DNA of 61,703 bases, the filler included, from Nanobdellati archaeon (lineage in GTDB: Archaea > Nanobdellota > Nanobdellia > Woesearchaeales > JAADFO01), in assembly GCA_013152815.1 (NCBI GenBank). It is 5 parts of 5 records of this genome, joined end to end, with 100 filler letters (N's around TTAATTAATTAA, not from the genome) between each part and the next. Parts side by side here need not be neighbours in the genome. Positions count along the whole stretch, not along the records: positions 22,411 to 50,193 come from JAADFO010000043.1; positions 50,294 to 53,410 come from JAADFO010000056.1; positions 53,511 to 56,881 come from JAADFO010000061.1; positions 56,982 to 61,703 come from JAADFO010000062.1; 1 more part is not named here. The stretch is one strand, 5' to 3'. The notes under the pieces are model-generated. The model saw only the letters and a program-made list of their open reading frames with translations, made no database searches and had not been told where the DNA came from. Position 1 is the stretch's first letter; the number at the start of each line of letters is the position of its first letter. Shown piece after piece: positions 46,242-57,355 of the stretch. A program made the translations under genes and the position numbers.

Positions 46242-46366
46242 GGGTGTCTCCTTGCCCAAGAGATATATAAACCTTTTTGTAGGTGTGGAGAAAATCACGG
46301 CCGATACTGGAAAGAGATCAGAAAAATAAGAAAAAAGGACCGTTGAGGGAACGAGGGAAGCGACCT

Positions 46367-46783
46367 TTAACGATAGCTCTTCTGCCGTTTTGCTCTGGCC
46401 TGCCCGTGGCTGTTGGGTTTTGACGACTCTTTCCGTCGTACGTCGGCCACAAGGAGCTGTCGGTCATATTCCAGGAGGGTCTTCTCGAGCATCTTGTCCT
46501 TGGCATAGAATCGGACCAGCGCCCGGGAGATGGCCAGGCGCGCGGCTCCGGCCTGGGACGACTGACCTCCACCCATGATGTTCACCGAGATGTCCACCTT
46601 GTCTGCCAGATCCCCGGCGATGATCAGAGGTTCCTTGAGCTTTGCCCTGGCCAGCGCCGGTTCATAGTGTTCGAGAAGGATCGCATTGACCCTGATCTTT
46701 CCTTTGCCCGGCTTGATGGTGGCCCGTGCTACCGCTCTTTTCCGTTTTCCTGAGACATGGATGGCTTTGCTTGTGTTGCTCAT
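46367..46783 (-). CDS. rps9: 30S ribosomal protein uS9
   Basis: GKRKRAVARA, GGG..SQA.A.R.AISRAL, YDR.LLV.D.RR.E, QKSYR. Confidence 0.97.
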   Translation of the reverse strand: MSNTSKAIHVSGKRKRAVARATIKPGKGKIRVNAILLEHYEPALARAKLKEPLIIAGDLADKVDISVNIMGGGQSSQAGAARLAISRALVRFYAKDKMLEKTLLEYDRQLLVADVRRKESSKPNSHGQARAKRQKSYR

Positions 46784-47205
46784 AGGTTTCCACCGAGTTC
46801 TTTGCAGATCTTTTCGACCGTCCCGAAGCTCAGGGTCCTGAGCTTCTTCGTAGAGTGCTTCTCCAGGTCCAGGCGTTCTTTGCCTTCATATTCTTTTGGA
46901 GCGTCCTTGAAGCATCGGATCCTTCTTAACGCAGCCAGTCCCTTGGCCTGCTTGTAGGGAAGCATGCCCCGTATGGTCCTTTTCACGAACCGTTCAGGTG
47001 TCCTCGGCTGGAAGGGTCCTTTGCTGGGCGTCCCTCTCTTCGAGGCTGTCCTGTACTTGTCCATGACTCCGCTCTTCGTTCCGGTGACGATGGCTTTCCC
47101 TGCGTTGATGACCCTGACCTCTTCTCCGAGCAGAGCGTTCTTGGCCGCCGTGGTGGCAAGCCGTCCCAATACGATGTCTGTGGCGTCTATGATTATCATG
47201 TTCAT
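46780..47205 (-). CDS. rpl13: 50S ribosomal protein uL13
   Basis: IDA...LGRLA..AK..L.G, GP..PR.P, RGMLPYK. Confidence 0.97.
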   Translation of the reverse strand: MNMIIIDATDIVLGRLATTAAKNALLGEEVRVINAGKAIVTGTKSGVMDKYRTASKRGTPSKGPFQPRTPERFVKRTIRGMLPYKQAKGLAALRRIRCFKDAPKEYEGKERLDLEKHSTKKLRTLSFGTVEKICKELGGNL

Positions 47206-47564
47206 CCCATTATCCTGAGGTTCTTGCCTTTCGGGTTTTTGGTCATGGCATCCTGGATGCTCATGCCGACGGATTCTGATTCTCTGATCTTCGCGAGGGC
47301 GGTCTGAGAGAACTGGTAGGCCGCGATGGTGATCCTGTGAGGCAGGTCTCCTGATGCGAGCACCTTTCCCGGGACGATGATCTGCTCGTTGTCCTTCGTG
47401 TGCAACGCTACCTTGGAGAGGTTGATGATCCTTCTTTGCCTCGTCGGCTTCTCGAGATCGTCAGCTATCCGTTTCCATATCCTTACGTTCTCCTTCCTTG
47501 ACAGCTTCCTGAGATCCTCTATGAGCCTTCTCAGGTGCTCGTTGGTCGGTCCGGTTCGTTTCAT
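47202..47564 (-). CDS. rpl18e: 50S ribosomal protein eL18
   Basis: TN..L..LI..L, IWKRIA..L.KP.R, VPGKVL..G, NPKG. Confidence 0.96.
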   Translation of the reverse strand: MKRTGPTNEHLRRLIEDLRKLSRKENVRIWKRIADDLEKPTRQRRIINLSKVALHTKDNEQIIVPGKVLASGDLPHRITIAAYQFSQTALAKIRESESVGMSIQDAMTKNPKGKNLRIMG

Positions 47565-47601
47565 GGTCTTCTTTTCTGTCTCTGTTGGTATGAAGGGTGG
47601 A

Positions 47602-47687
47602 TGCGGGGGACGTGATTCGAACACGCGCACCCACTAAGGGACTAGGCCCTCAACCTAGCGCATTTGACCAGGCTCTGCCACCCCCGC
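47602..47687 (-). tRNA. tRNA-Leu(GAG)
   Basis: GCGGGGG/CCCCCGC acceptor stem, CTAGG-TTGAGGG-CCTAG anticodon arm, long variable arm, TTCGAAT loop. Confidence 0.95.
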
Positions 47688-47704
47688 ATGAGCGTGGGTT
47701 GTTC

Positions 47705-48493
47705 CTACAATGCCTTGACGATCTTGTCGAAGGCATCAAGCTCTTGGTTGAAGATGTCCATCGCTGTGGTCGCGATGTCCTGCAGGGACAGGGCGCCCCA
47801 GGTCTCCATCCTGAGGATGAAGGCATGTTCGTCATATTCAACCTTGACGATGTCATCGTTGACACCATCGACCGCATCGACGAGATCATTGTCGATGATG
47901 AGATTCTTGTCGATCTTTCCGTTCTTGTCGAAGATCTTCGATGAATACTTGTTCTTGAACGCTTCAAAGTGCGATGATCTGTTGTTCACGGTTATCTTCG
48001 GGACGAAGGAATGGATGAAGAGCCCTGTCGACCATTTGGCGTGTTCTTTTGCCGTCCCGAGTATTGCCGTCGCCACGAACTCGACTTCCTGGTCCTTGAG
48101 GAGCTTGACGATGGGGGTCTTCGGGTGGATAGGCTTGATCTTCGGGTCCTTGCTCTTGAGGTCGCTCGCATAGACCATGCCCGGTCCCTTTGTCTTGAGT
48201 GTCATCTGGACGCGGCATTTTGCAGGAAGGTCTTCCAGGTCTTTCACGCCTTCGGGAGGCAGCTCATAGCTCTTGAGGTCGGTGTTCAGGACGAGCAGGC
48301 CGAGCCGGTGCGCGACGATCTCATCGTAGAGGATAGAGCTGTTCTGCTTGAACTCCACAGTCTCGATGGCCATGGTCGGGACCTCATCCATCATGTAGCG
48401 TCGCAGGGCGTTCACATAGGCGTAGGTGACTCCCTTGATGCGGACCGATGCTTTCGTGCCGTTCTTGCTCTTATCAATAAGGGTCATGTCCAT
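47705..48493 (-). CDS. rpo3: DNA-directed RNA polymerase subunit Rpo3 (D)
   Basis: NALRR....VPTMAI..V....NSS.LYDE..AHRLGL, VYASDL, PIVKL, G....HAKW. Confidence 0.96.
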   Translation of the reverse strand: MDMTLIDKSKNGTKASVRIKGVTYAYVNALRRYMMDEVPTMAIETVEFKQNSSILYDEIVAHRLGLLVLNTDLKSYELPPEGVKDLEDLPAKCRVQMTLKTKGPGMVYASDLKSKDPKIKPIHPKTPIVKLLKDQEVEFVATAILGTAKEHAKWSTGLFIHSFVPKITVNNRSSHFEAFKNKYSSKIFDKNGKIDKNLIIDNDLVDAVDGVNDDIVKVEYDEHAFILRMETWGALSLQDIATTAMDIFNQELDAFDKIVKAL

Positions 48494-48497
48494 GTGC

Positions 48498-48911
48498 TTA
48501 CACCCGTCGTCCTCTCTTTCCTCCCTTCTTCCTGCAGCCGTCGTGGGGGATGGGAGTGACATCTTCGATGATGCCGATCTTCAGGCCCATCCTGGACAGG
48601 GCCCTGATGGCTGCCTGCGCTCCGGGTCCTGGATTGGTGGGTCCGTTATGCCCGCCCGGAGCCCTTATCTTGACATGGATGGCGCTGATGCCTTTCTCGA
48701 AGGCGATCTCTGCCGCTTTTTTCGAGGCGTTCATCGCAGCTATCGGAGAGCTCTCCATACGGTGGCTCTTCACGACCTGGCCTCCCGATGTCCTGGCGAT
48801 GGTCTCGGTGCCGGAAAGGTCGGTGATGTGTATGATTGTGTTGTTGTAGGAAGAGAAGATGTGGGCGACGCCCCACCGATCCTTTCTTGTGCGATAATCT
48901 GCCATGTTCAT
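48498..48911 (-). CDS. rps11: 30S ribosomal protein uS11
   Basis: [40 protein letters not shown]. Confidence 0.97.
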   Translation of the reverse strand: MNMADYRTRKDRWGVAHIFSSYNNTIIHITDLSGTETIARTSGGQVVKSHRMESSPIAAMNASKKAAEIAFEKGISAIHVKIRAPGGHNGPTNPGPGAQAAIRALSRMGLKIGIIEDVTPIPHDGCRKKGGKRGRRV

Positions 48912-49456
48912 GCCTCCTCTACGACCGTCTTCTCCTGTTTTTCTTGCTTCGGCCGTTCTGGATGGTCGATATCATTGAAGTTTGATGTCTCGTGGAAAGC
49001 GATGCTCAGCTCTTCCTCTTTGGTGAGGAGCGCTCCTGGTGCGGAGATCTTCCTGTCTTTGACGGTGATGTGAAGATGGGTGATCATCTGTCTTGCCTGT
49101 TTGATGGTCCTGGAGAGGCCCTTGCGGAAGACCAGGGTCTGGAGCCTGCGTTCCATGATGGCTTCGATGGTGAGCCCCAGGATGTCGTCCAGTGTCGCGC
49201 TGCTGTCGAGCAGGCCGAGCCGCCGGACCCGCTGGAGCAGCTGTTCCTTCTCTTTCTCTGCCTGGACTGTCCTTGCTGCGATGTACCGCTTCGCCTGGGC
49301 TTTGAGGTTTCGCAGCACTGACGTCATCTTCTGGATCTCCTGCTTGTTGCTCAGGCCATAATCCTGCTTGAGCACCGACTCTGCTTCGATCCGTTCCTTC
49401 TCCCATGGATGGTGAGGGGTCTTGTATTTTTTTCTCGCTTTTCGTGGATCTCCCAT
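48908..49456 (-). CDS. rps4: 30S ribosomal protein uS4
   Basis: MGDP...RKKY.TP.HPW, YGL.NK.E, ERRLQT.V...GL, ARQ.I.H.HI. Confidence 0.97.
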   Translation of the reverse strand: MGDPRKARKKYKTPHHPWEKERIEAESVLKQDYGLSNKQEIQKMTSVLRNLKAQAKRYIAARTVQAEKEKEQLLQRVRRLGLLDSSATLDDILGLTIEAIMERRLQTLVFRKGLSRTIKQARQMITHLHITVKDRKISAPGALLTKEEELSIAFHETSNFNDIDHPERPKQEKQEKTVVEEA

Positions 49457-49479
49457 GATGGCACCTTGTGATCATCTGA

Positions 49480-49992
49480 TCATTTCTTGTTGGTCTTCTT
49501 CTTCACACCGAGCGATCCTTTGCCCTTGTTCCTTCTGAAGTTAGATTTTGTCCTCTGGCCCCGCAGCGGAAGATGGAGTATGTGTCGCACTCCCCTGTTG
49601 GTCTTGATCATCTTGAGCCGCTTGATGTCGTTGTCGTTGACGAAGCGGAGCTCTGCGGTGAGCAGGTGGTAGTCTCCCCCGCTTTCGTAGTCCTTCCTTC
49701 GGTTGTAGAGCCAGGAAGGGATGTTGAATTTTGCAGGGTTGTCGAGAACGTCATTGAGCCGGGCGATCTCGTCGTTGTCCAGGGTCCCGGTCTTCTTGGT
49801 GTGGTCTATCTTGGCCACGTTGAGGACGGTGTTCGCGAACATGTAGCCGACTCCCTTTATCTTCTTCATGGCTATCATGATCTGCTTCTTGCCGTCGAGG
49901 TCGGTATTAGCGATTCGAAGGATGTATTTGAAGTCCTTGTCCTCCCTGGAAGCGGCAGGAGCAGGCTTTGCTTGCGGTTTCTGTTCAGCCAT
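49480..49992 (-). CDS. rps13: 30S ribosomal protein uS13
   Basis: RIANTDLDG, IKGVG, P.WL.NRRKD, RG.RH...LPLRGQRTKS. Confidence 0.97.
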   Translation of the reverse strand: MAEQKPQAKPAPAASREDKDFKYILRIANTDLDGKKQIMIAMKKIKGVGYMFANTVLNVAKIDHTKKTGTLDNDEIARLNDVLDNPAKFNIPSWLYNRRKDYESGGDYHLLTAELRFVNDNDIKRLKMIKTNRGVRHILHLPLRGQRTKSNFRRNKGKGSLGVKKKTNKK

Positions 49993-50193
49993 TTTGATGG
50001 TGATGGTGTTTCTTGTCCCTATCTGCATGGTATCTTACATGTAATTATCCTGTGTGTAATCGCAGCGAGAATCCGTTGTCGAACCCTAGGCGCTCTCTCG
50101 AACTCGGGCTGCGTAACACAGCAGAGACCCCGTTCCCTTTATAAAGCTTGTCTTTGGTATCCTGTTATAAGTTCTTTGCTATATTGTAAATAA

Positions 50194-50293
50194 NNNNNNN
50201 NNNNNNNNNNNNNNNNNNNNNNNNNNNNNNNNNNNNNTTAATTAATTAANNNNNNNNNNNNNNNNNNNNNNNNNNNNNNNNNNNNNNNNNNNN
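50194..50293. other. Artificial contig linker
   Basis: N44-TTAATTAATTAA-N44. Confidence 0.99.
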
Positions 50294-50986
50294 AGCTTCA
50301 CCACCCGATACATCGATGATGTGCAAGCATCCATCTCAGTCTACGATGAAGAGGGAACGCTCCTGAAGACCCTGAAAACCAATCACGCAGGACTCAAAAG
50401 CTATGAGCGTCTTCCGTTGGTGACGCTTTTCAATGCTGCCGGACTGAAGAAAGGGAAGTATTCCACCAAGGCGACAGTCACCTATGACGGAAAGACCATG
50501 GAACTGGAGAGCGGATTTCGGGTAGGGACGTTGAACATCCTCATCAACGACATACCGACACAGATGACCAGGAACAGCATCTCGCCGTTCAGCATCGCCG
50601 TAGAGAGCGAGTGGAACCTGCCGCTCAAGGGGGTCTGGGCAGAACTCCGGGTCGGAAAAGAGACAGCAAAGACCCCCACCCTGGACCTTGCTGCCATGCA
50701 GAAGACACGGTTGAAAGGATTCATCCAGCTGGGGGATATGCCTGACACGGCAAATATTTCGGTGGTTGTGTTCTATGAAGGTGAAGAAGGCACCCTGACC
50801 TTCTCGAAACAGGGCATCGTCCGCCTGACAGACCCGACGACAGAAGAAAAGCAGAACCCTGCCAGGGAACGCCCTGCAGAGAGCAGCATGCTGCGCATAG
50901 GCATCATCATGGGCGGCATCCTCCTCCTGGTCCTCCTGGCATTCAACATGTTCTGGATGTACCGCAGCATCAGGGCGAGGATATGA
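50294..50986 (+). CDS. Surface protein fragment, Ig-like domains with C-terminal TM anchor (5' truncated)
   Basis: Beta-rich 'G.Y...A.V.Y' pattern; hydrophobic C-terminal helix. Confidence 0.65.
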   Translation, partial: SFTTRYIDDVQASISVYDEEGTLLKTLKTNHAGLKSYERLPLVTLFNAAGLKKGKYSTKATVTYDGKTMELESGFRVGTLNILINDIPTQMTRNSISPFSIAVESEWNLPLKGVWAELRVGKETAKTPTLDLAAMQKTRLKGFIQLGDMPDTANISVVVFYEGEEGTLTFSKQGIVRLTDPTTEEKQNPARERPAESSMLRIGIIMGGILLLVLLAFNMFWMYRSIRARI

Positions 50987-51088
50987 GAAGACAGAAATAG
51001 AAGAGACAAAAAGACACAGATTTTATTATTCTCTCTTAGAACAGATCAAACAGGTCAGGAAAAGCGAAAGAACAAGGAGGAAGAGCCG

Positions 51089-51508
51089 ATGAGAAGACGA
51101 ACATTGGTGCTGTTGATGATCGCTGTCTTCCTGCTCGCCGTCTCTGCGACGTTCCTGTTCTATACAGAATATGTCTTTCAGGAGAAGTGGGAGATCCCTG
51201 CACAGGTCACCGTAGATAATCGCTCCGGGTTCCAGCATGACAAGGCCAAGATGCTCTTCGGCAACATCGAACCGGGCAACTTCGGCAAGCGGTTCCTGAA
51301 CGTCAGCCAGAACAAGGAGTTTCCCATGGACGTCAAGATAGGCATGCGGGGGGACCTTTCTTCATGGGTGCAGGTCAGCCCGGAAGAGTTTGTCCTCGAT
51401 CCAGGACAGCAGGTAAAGGTCAGCTTCGCCATAACCGTCCCGAAGGATACGCCGCTTGGGAATTACACCGGAACAGCGAACATCGTCTTTCTACGGACGT
51501 TGGGATGA
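51089..51508 (+). CDS. Signal-anchored Ig-like protein
   Basis: N-terminal TM; 'FG.I.PG' and 'F.L.PG....V......P.DT..G.Y.G'. Confidence 0.7.
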   Translation: MRRRTLVLLMIAVFLLAVSATFLFYTEYVFQEKWEIPAQVTVDNRSGFQHDKAKMLFGNIEPGNFGKRFLNVSQNKEFPMDVKIGMRGDLSSWVQVSPEEFVLDPGQQVKVSFAITVPKDTPLGNYTGTANIVFLRTLG

Positions 51509-51524
51509 CACCATGAGAAAGAGA

Positions 51525-53410
51525 TTACGGTGAAAGCGCCTTCGCCTCCACCAGGATCCCGAGCCAGTCGTCCTGCAAAGGTTCATAGGCATCGAGCGGA
51601 TAGGTCTGATCATACATGCCCTCCTGATGGTCGTTATCGTCCTGTCTGGCCAGTATCCGGAACGCCACCCGCCTGATGGGCTGTCCTTCTGTGTCCTGGA
51701 ACCGTATCATGGGAAGCTTTCCTGATTGGGCCAATTGTCCCTGGACGAAGGGAAGTGGTTTCAGCGGCTTGATGAAAACGGGCTGACCATCGGTGTCAGT
51801 AATACGATAGTCGATGAAGAGCCCGTTCACATCCTCTGGCCGCTCAGAAAAGGAACAGCTAAAGTCCAGTTCTGCGTTCGGTGGCGTCCCTTTGGAGCTG
51901 ATGAGGACATGCTCACATGGCGGCGGCGGATAGTCGTCGGTGGAGATGACCTGCCCCTTCACTTTCCTGTCAGGAGATTCCATGCCGTTGGGGGCAAGCG
52001 CAAGGACAGTGACATAGAGCGGCTGTCCATCATCAGCAGGAAGGAGATAGACCATCTGTTCGTCATGGAACAGATAGGGCGTGGCCTTCTGCAGGAGGGT
52101 CTGCTTGGTCTTTCCGGTGGGTTTTCCATGAGCATCAAGAAGCAGGGTCGTGTAGGAGCAGGTGGCTTTTGCATAATCCCATGCGCATTCGGTCTTCAGC
52201 CCGAGATTCTGCAGCTGTATCCTGCCATCCATGGCATCGACCCTGTCGAGCCGCAGGGTCTGTTTCCCTATATCGTCGGGTCCTGTCGGCGTGGTGGTCG
52301 CCTGTTTTCGTATCTCTTCATTGGAAAGAAGACCCAGGTTCTGATGGGAATAATAGATGACATAGCCGATCACGTTCGGGTCGTCTATGTGTGGCCATGA
52401 AACAACGATCGCACCCTCTTCGCGGAAGGCATCCACCGCCTTGATCTTTGAGACAGAGGGAGGAGGGACACCGATGTTCTGCAAGGCAAAACGTATGACC
52501 GGGTGACGTATGACGAGGTCGTTCTTCTCAGGGTCATAGAGGAAGAGAAGGGTTCCCTGGTCTTCGACACATACCCTGAAGAAGCTGCTGGGGCTGCAGC
52601 TGTCGATGCCTGCTGTCTCTCCGGCAGAGATGAACCGCATACGGGAAGAGGCGCCAGGAGCAGAGGTCTTCTCAAGGACAAGTGCAGAGGAAGATATGGT
52701 TCCGGTATCGGTCTTCATCTCGACCTGGCCTGAAGAGAGGGTGTATTCTTGGGGGATCTGGCTGAGTTCGCCCATGGCAATCTGAGCAGATGATTCTCCA
52801 TGGTTCATGGTGAGCAGATACCTGTCCTTACTGTTCTGGCCGGTTTTTCCTCCTCCTATCTGAACAACAGGAGAGAAAGATATGGTGATGGACGATCCTT
52901 GGTCATCCAACGCAGCATCCCACAGGTCTGATGCGTCTGCAGTGCAGGCACAGTTGCCGTCGAGGGACAAGGCACAGTCCTGATAGAATGCCAGAAAATC
53001 GTGGAGCGGGCGCTCTGATACCGGTTCACAGAGTTCGGTCCATTCCTCCTCTGCCTCGCCCCCTTCTCCTTCTGCGTTCATGAAATGCCCTGCGGTCGCG
53101 ACAAGAGCACGCAGTCCGTTGGTCTGCAGGCTTCCGAGAGCAGACTGGATGCAGGAAGTATCTCCTGCGCATTTAAGAAGGATTCCCGAAAGCGACCGGT
53201 AGATGAGCGGGTAGCGGTCTATGCCTGAAGGGTTGTCGAATGAGAAGCTCGGTTTGAGATAGTAATAGCCCGGTAAAGAAGGGATGCCCTGGTCAAAGGT
53301 CAGTTCGGCTATTGCCTGCCCGGTAATGTCCTCGACGTTGCTGGTCGGCTTGTTTTTTGTAGCTTCTGCAATGAGCCGATCGACATATTCCCTGGCCTCC
53401 TTTGCCTGTG
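51525..53410 (-). CDS. Large Cys-containing extracellular protein with FN3-like segment (5' truncated)
   Basis: Frame stays open upstream of ATG 53081 toward the contig end; 'V.W......V.GY.IY' and 'Y.TV.A...G.ES'. Confidence 0.65.
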
Positions 53411-53510
53411 NNNNNNNNNNNNNNNNNNNNNNNNNNNNNNNNNNNNNNNNNNNNTTAATTAATTAANNNNNNNNNNNNNNNNNNNNNNNNNNNNNNNNNN
53501 NNNNNNNNNN
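53411..53510. other. Artificial contig linker
   Basis: N44-TTAATTAATTAA-N44. Confidence 0.99.
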
Positions 53511-54202
53511 CCCAGGAATAGGACAAGGGAGCGTCTCCGCCGGTCCCCCTGCAGGTGAAATCCACATCCAAAGGAGCATCGCCCTGCTTTGGATCAGCAT
53601 CGGCCGAAACCGAAGGGAAGAGATCAACAGGAGGCAACGCTTCCACAAAGAGGGATGCGGCATAGTAATTGTCAGTTATGCTGGTCTCAGCATAGACCGG
53701 ATCTACCTGCATCTGGATAAGATGCTGGCCAGGTTTAGCAGTCCAAGCACATGCATCATTGTCATAGCTCATGCCCGGAGGAAGATCACTGAATCCCTGC
53801 CGACAGGAAGTTAATTCGATACCGTCGACATAATAGCGGGTCTGGCTCGTCTCGGCTCTGTTGCCTTCATTGAGAACAGCAGTATAAAGTTCGACCACAT
53901 CTCCTTCGGTGGCTGTCATCGGGCTATGGGTGTCTACAAGTACGAGGTTTCGGACAGTCTCGATGGGTTCTTCTTTGACATCGATGTTGCCGCCGTCGGT
54001 GGCAGTATCGCCATCACTATCGGTCACGGTACACACCGCATGATACTGACCGACCGCAGCATAAGTATGCGAGGGATTCTGCAAGGAGCTGAAAGAACCA
54101 TCGCCGAAATCCCAGGAATAGGACAAGGGAGCGTCTCCGCCGGTCCCCCTGCAGGTGAAATCCACATCCAAAGGAGCATCGCCCTGCTTTGGATCAGCAT
54201 CG
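53511..54202. repeat. Identical ~92-bp direct repeats 600 bp apart within the PKD gene
   Basis: CCCAGGAATAGGACAAGGGAGCG...GGATCAGCATCG at 53511-53602 and 54111-54202. Confidence 0.85.
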
Positions 54203-56881
54203 CTTCTGCAGTAGGATAGCGATCGATGATCTCCTCGTTGACAACGATCTGGACCGCTCCGGCTGCGACATCACCATCAGCATCTGCAGCTGTGCAGGTG
54301 GCGATATAGTCACCCGCCGCAGTGTAGGTATGGAGAGGGTTCTGGACGACGCTCGTTGCAGACGAGTCGCCGAAATCCCAGGAATAGGCATAGGGAGCGT
54401 TGCCGTCATATGCCTGGCAGTTCAGCTGCACAGTCAGAGGAGCAGAACCGTTGCTCGGATTCGCGTCCACGATGACCTGAGGGACCGTATCTGCCGGAAC
54501 CACAACAAGGGATGACCAGGCCTTATTATCAGCAAGGTCGGTCTCACCGTAGACAGGGCTGGCGATGATCTCAAAGACATGATAGCCGAGTTCTGCTTCC
54601 CAGTCGCAGGTGAACACCGGCGTGGTGTGACCTGCAGCGACGGAGAAGTCATGGGTACAAGCGATCTGTTCGATACCGTCAATGTAGAAGCGGATGGTGG
54701 AGTCTTCATCCTGGTTGCCCTGGTCCTCTACCTTGGTCCTGAGAGTCACCTGTTCGCCGTCTTCTGCAGAGAGCGGGAAGACCATCTGCGTGAGGGCGAG
54801 GTCGTGGGTGTCAGGGACGGGCTCTTCAAAGACCCGGACGGACACACTGTCGGATGCGGCGTCACCGTCCTCATCGTGGGCAGTGCAGGTGGCAGCATAA
54901 TCTCCAGGCAGAGCATAGATATGCGCAGGATTCTGTTCATCGCTCTCTGCACCGTCGCCAAAGGTCCATTGATAGGACAGGGGAGCGTCTCCGCCTGCAC
55001 CTTTGCAGGTGAACTGCACGGTCAAGGGAGCATATCCATTGTCAGGATCGGCTGCGGCTTCGACAGAAGGGAAGCGGTCTGCAGGGATCATTTCGACTGC
55101 GTGCTCTGCATAGTTATCTGCAAGATCGGTTTCTTCAGAAACCTGGTCGACAGAAACCTTGAACACTCGTTTTTGACGGTAACTGTAGGGTCCTGAGAGC
55201 CATGAGCAGGCATATTCTGGTGAGATCGCTCCAGGAGCAAGATCTGTGATCGGCTGCCTGCAGGATGCCTGTTCAGCACCATCGACATAGAACCGCAGGA
55301 TGCTTGATTCGGTCACATCGCCCTGGTTCTCGACCTTGGTCGACCAGTTCATCAGGCTGCCTGCCTGATGATTGTCAGCAGGGAAGACCGTATCGATGAC
55401 CGCGAGGTCGTGGGTGTCAGGGACAGGCTCTTCAAAGACCCGGACGGACACACTGTCGGATGCAGCATCACCATCTGCATCAGTTGCAGAGCAGGTTGCC
55501 GTATAGGTGCCCGGAGCCACATAGGTGTGGGTCGCGTTCTGCTCGTCGGAGGCAGCTCCGTCGCCGAAATTCCAGGCATAGGACAAGGGAGCGTCTCCGC
55601 CTTGTCCATCACAGATAAGATTGACCATGAGAGGAGCATAGCCTTCTTCAGGGCTCGCGTGCGCAGTGACGGTCGGGAACAGATCGATGGGTTCTTCACT
55701 GACATCGATGTTGCCGCCATCAGACGCAGCATCACCATCATTATCAGTCACCGTACACACCGCATGATATTGACCGACAGCAGAGTAGGTATGAACAGGA
55801 TTCTGGCTGGAACTTGAACTGCCATCACCAAAGGTCCATGCATAGGAAAGCGGAGCATCACCACCAGAACCGTTGCAGGTGAACTGCACATCCAGAGGCG
55901 CATAGCCGCTTTTCGGCGTCGCATCGGCCGAGACTGAAGGGAACAGATCGACAGGAGGCAACGCTTCCACAAAGACGGTCTGTTGGTAGTCATTATCCTC
56001 AAGGTCTGTCTCGCCTGTCACAGGATCCACCAGGATCTTTATGGCGTGGTCGCCGGTAACAGCAACCCATTCACAGGAGTAGGATGGAGTGGTCTCATCA
56101 GGGACAAGACCTGCGAATCCTTGACTGCAAGCATCCTGCTCGATGCCGTCGACAAAGAACCTGACCATGGAAGATTCAGGGACCGTCCCCTGGTTCTTCA
56201 CCTGTGTCTTGAAGATGAGCGTCTCTCCTTCGGTCCCCTCAGAGGGAACAGAGGGATAATACAGGGCGACATCATGGACATCAGGAACAGGTTCGTCCTC
56301 GAAATCAAGAGCGACCGTGTCCTGGGCAGAGTCCCCGTCGACATCGGTTGCAGTACAGACCGCATCATAGTGGCCTGCATTGAAATAGGCATGTGTGGGA
56401 TTCTGCTCATCAGAAGAGGAACCATCACCAAAAGTCCAACGATATGATAAAGGCGCATCACCACCAGAACCATTGCAGGTGAACTGGACAAGCGAAGGGA
56501 CATAGCCGGTCGTCGGTGTCCCGGAAGCCTCGACCGTCGGCACAAGGTCGACGATCTCCTGGTCAACATCGATCATGACAGATGCGCTGGCAGTGTCGCC
56601 ATCCTCATCGGTCACCGTGCATTCCGCAGGATACTGACCGACAGCAGAGTAAGTATGAACAGGATTCTGGCTGGAACTTGAACTGCCATCACCAAAGGTC
56701 CATGCATAGGAAAGCTCGCCATTGCCACCGGCACCATCACAGGTGAACTGCACCTCCAAAGGAGCATATCCTGATTCAGGATCAGCACTGGCATGGGCGA
56801 CAGGATAAAGATCTTCATTGACATCGATGTTGCCGCCATCAGAGGCAGCATCACCATCATTATCAGTCACCGTACACTCGG
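53511..56881 (-). CDS. Large PKD/CARDB repeat surface protein (partial at both ends; 1-nt frameshift near 54202)
   Basis: Repeated 'G.APL.V.F....Y.W.FGDG..S..QNP.H.Y...G.Y' PKD units alternating with 'V.NQG..E......VDG...W....G.H.....D.....E....DN' CARDB units. Confidence 0.9.
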
Positions 56882-56981
56882 NNNNNNNNNNNNNNNNNNN
56901 NNNNNNNNNNNNNNNNNNNNNNNNNTTAATTAATTAANNNNNNNNNNNNNNNNNNNNNNNNNNNNNNNNNNNNNNNNNNNN
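56882..56981. other. Artificial contig linker
   Basis: N44-TTAATTAATTAA-N44. Confidence 0.99.
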
Positions 56982-57111
56982 CAGGCGGATCCCCGAGGAT
57001 TGCGTTTTCCTCCTCTGCCGAGATCGACCAGGACGACGACTTGTCCACCTTGCCGGCCTGGATCATCTTCCTGGCGTGCCTGTAGCCTTTCTGGTTCAGC
57101 TCGTTCGGCAT
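56982..57111 (-). CDS. Phage head-module protein, N-terminal fragment (possible protease/scaffold by position)
   Basis: Starts 1 nt after the upstream stop; truncated by contig end. Confidence 0.5.
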
Positions 57112-57112
57112 C

Positions 57113-57346
57113 TTACTTCTCCTTGGCCTGTGCCTTCCTGTCCTTCTCCACTGTCACTTTCTGCCCGTCCGCGGTGACGATCACCACGTGCTTTCCGTAG
57201 TCCTTCCAGCTCAGCACGTCCGCCTCTGTCATGTCGCGCTCGAAAGGCACATACTGCCTGATCTTCCGCCCATCCTTCTCGACCTCCTTGGGCTTCGAGC
57301 CCCTGAATTTGAGGCCCTCGAGCCACTTCCGATTGAATGTCGCCAT
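57113..57346 (-). CDS. Phage hypothetical protein (77 aa)
   Basis: AGGAGG SD; tightly packed in operon. Confidence 0.7.
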   Translation of the reverse strand: MATFNRKWLEGLKFRGSKPKEVEKDGRKIRQYVPFERDMTEADVLSWKDYGKHVVIVTADGQKVTVEKDRKAQAKEK

Positions 57347-57355
57347 CTTTTCCTC

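Noticed and set aside
50040..50130. tRNA upstream of rps13 (contains GTTCGA twice)
   Set aside because: No cloverleaf or acceptor stem can be built; treated as a leader hairpin
22311..56981. Four TTAATTAATTAA motifs in N runs as a biological repeat, and gene neighbourhoods across them
   Set aside because: Identical 100-bp artificial linkers; adjacency across them is not informative
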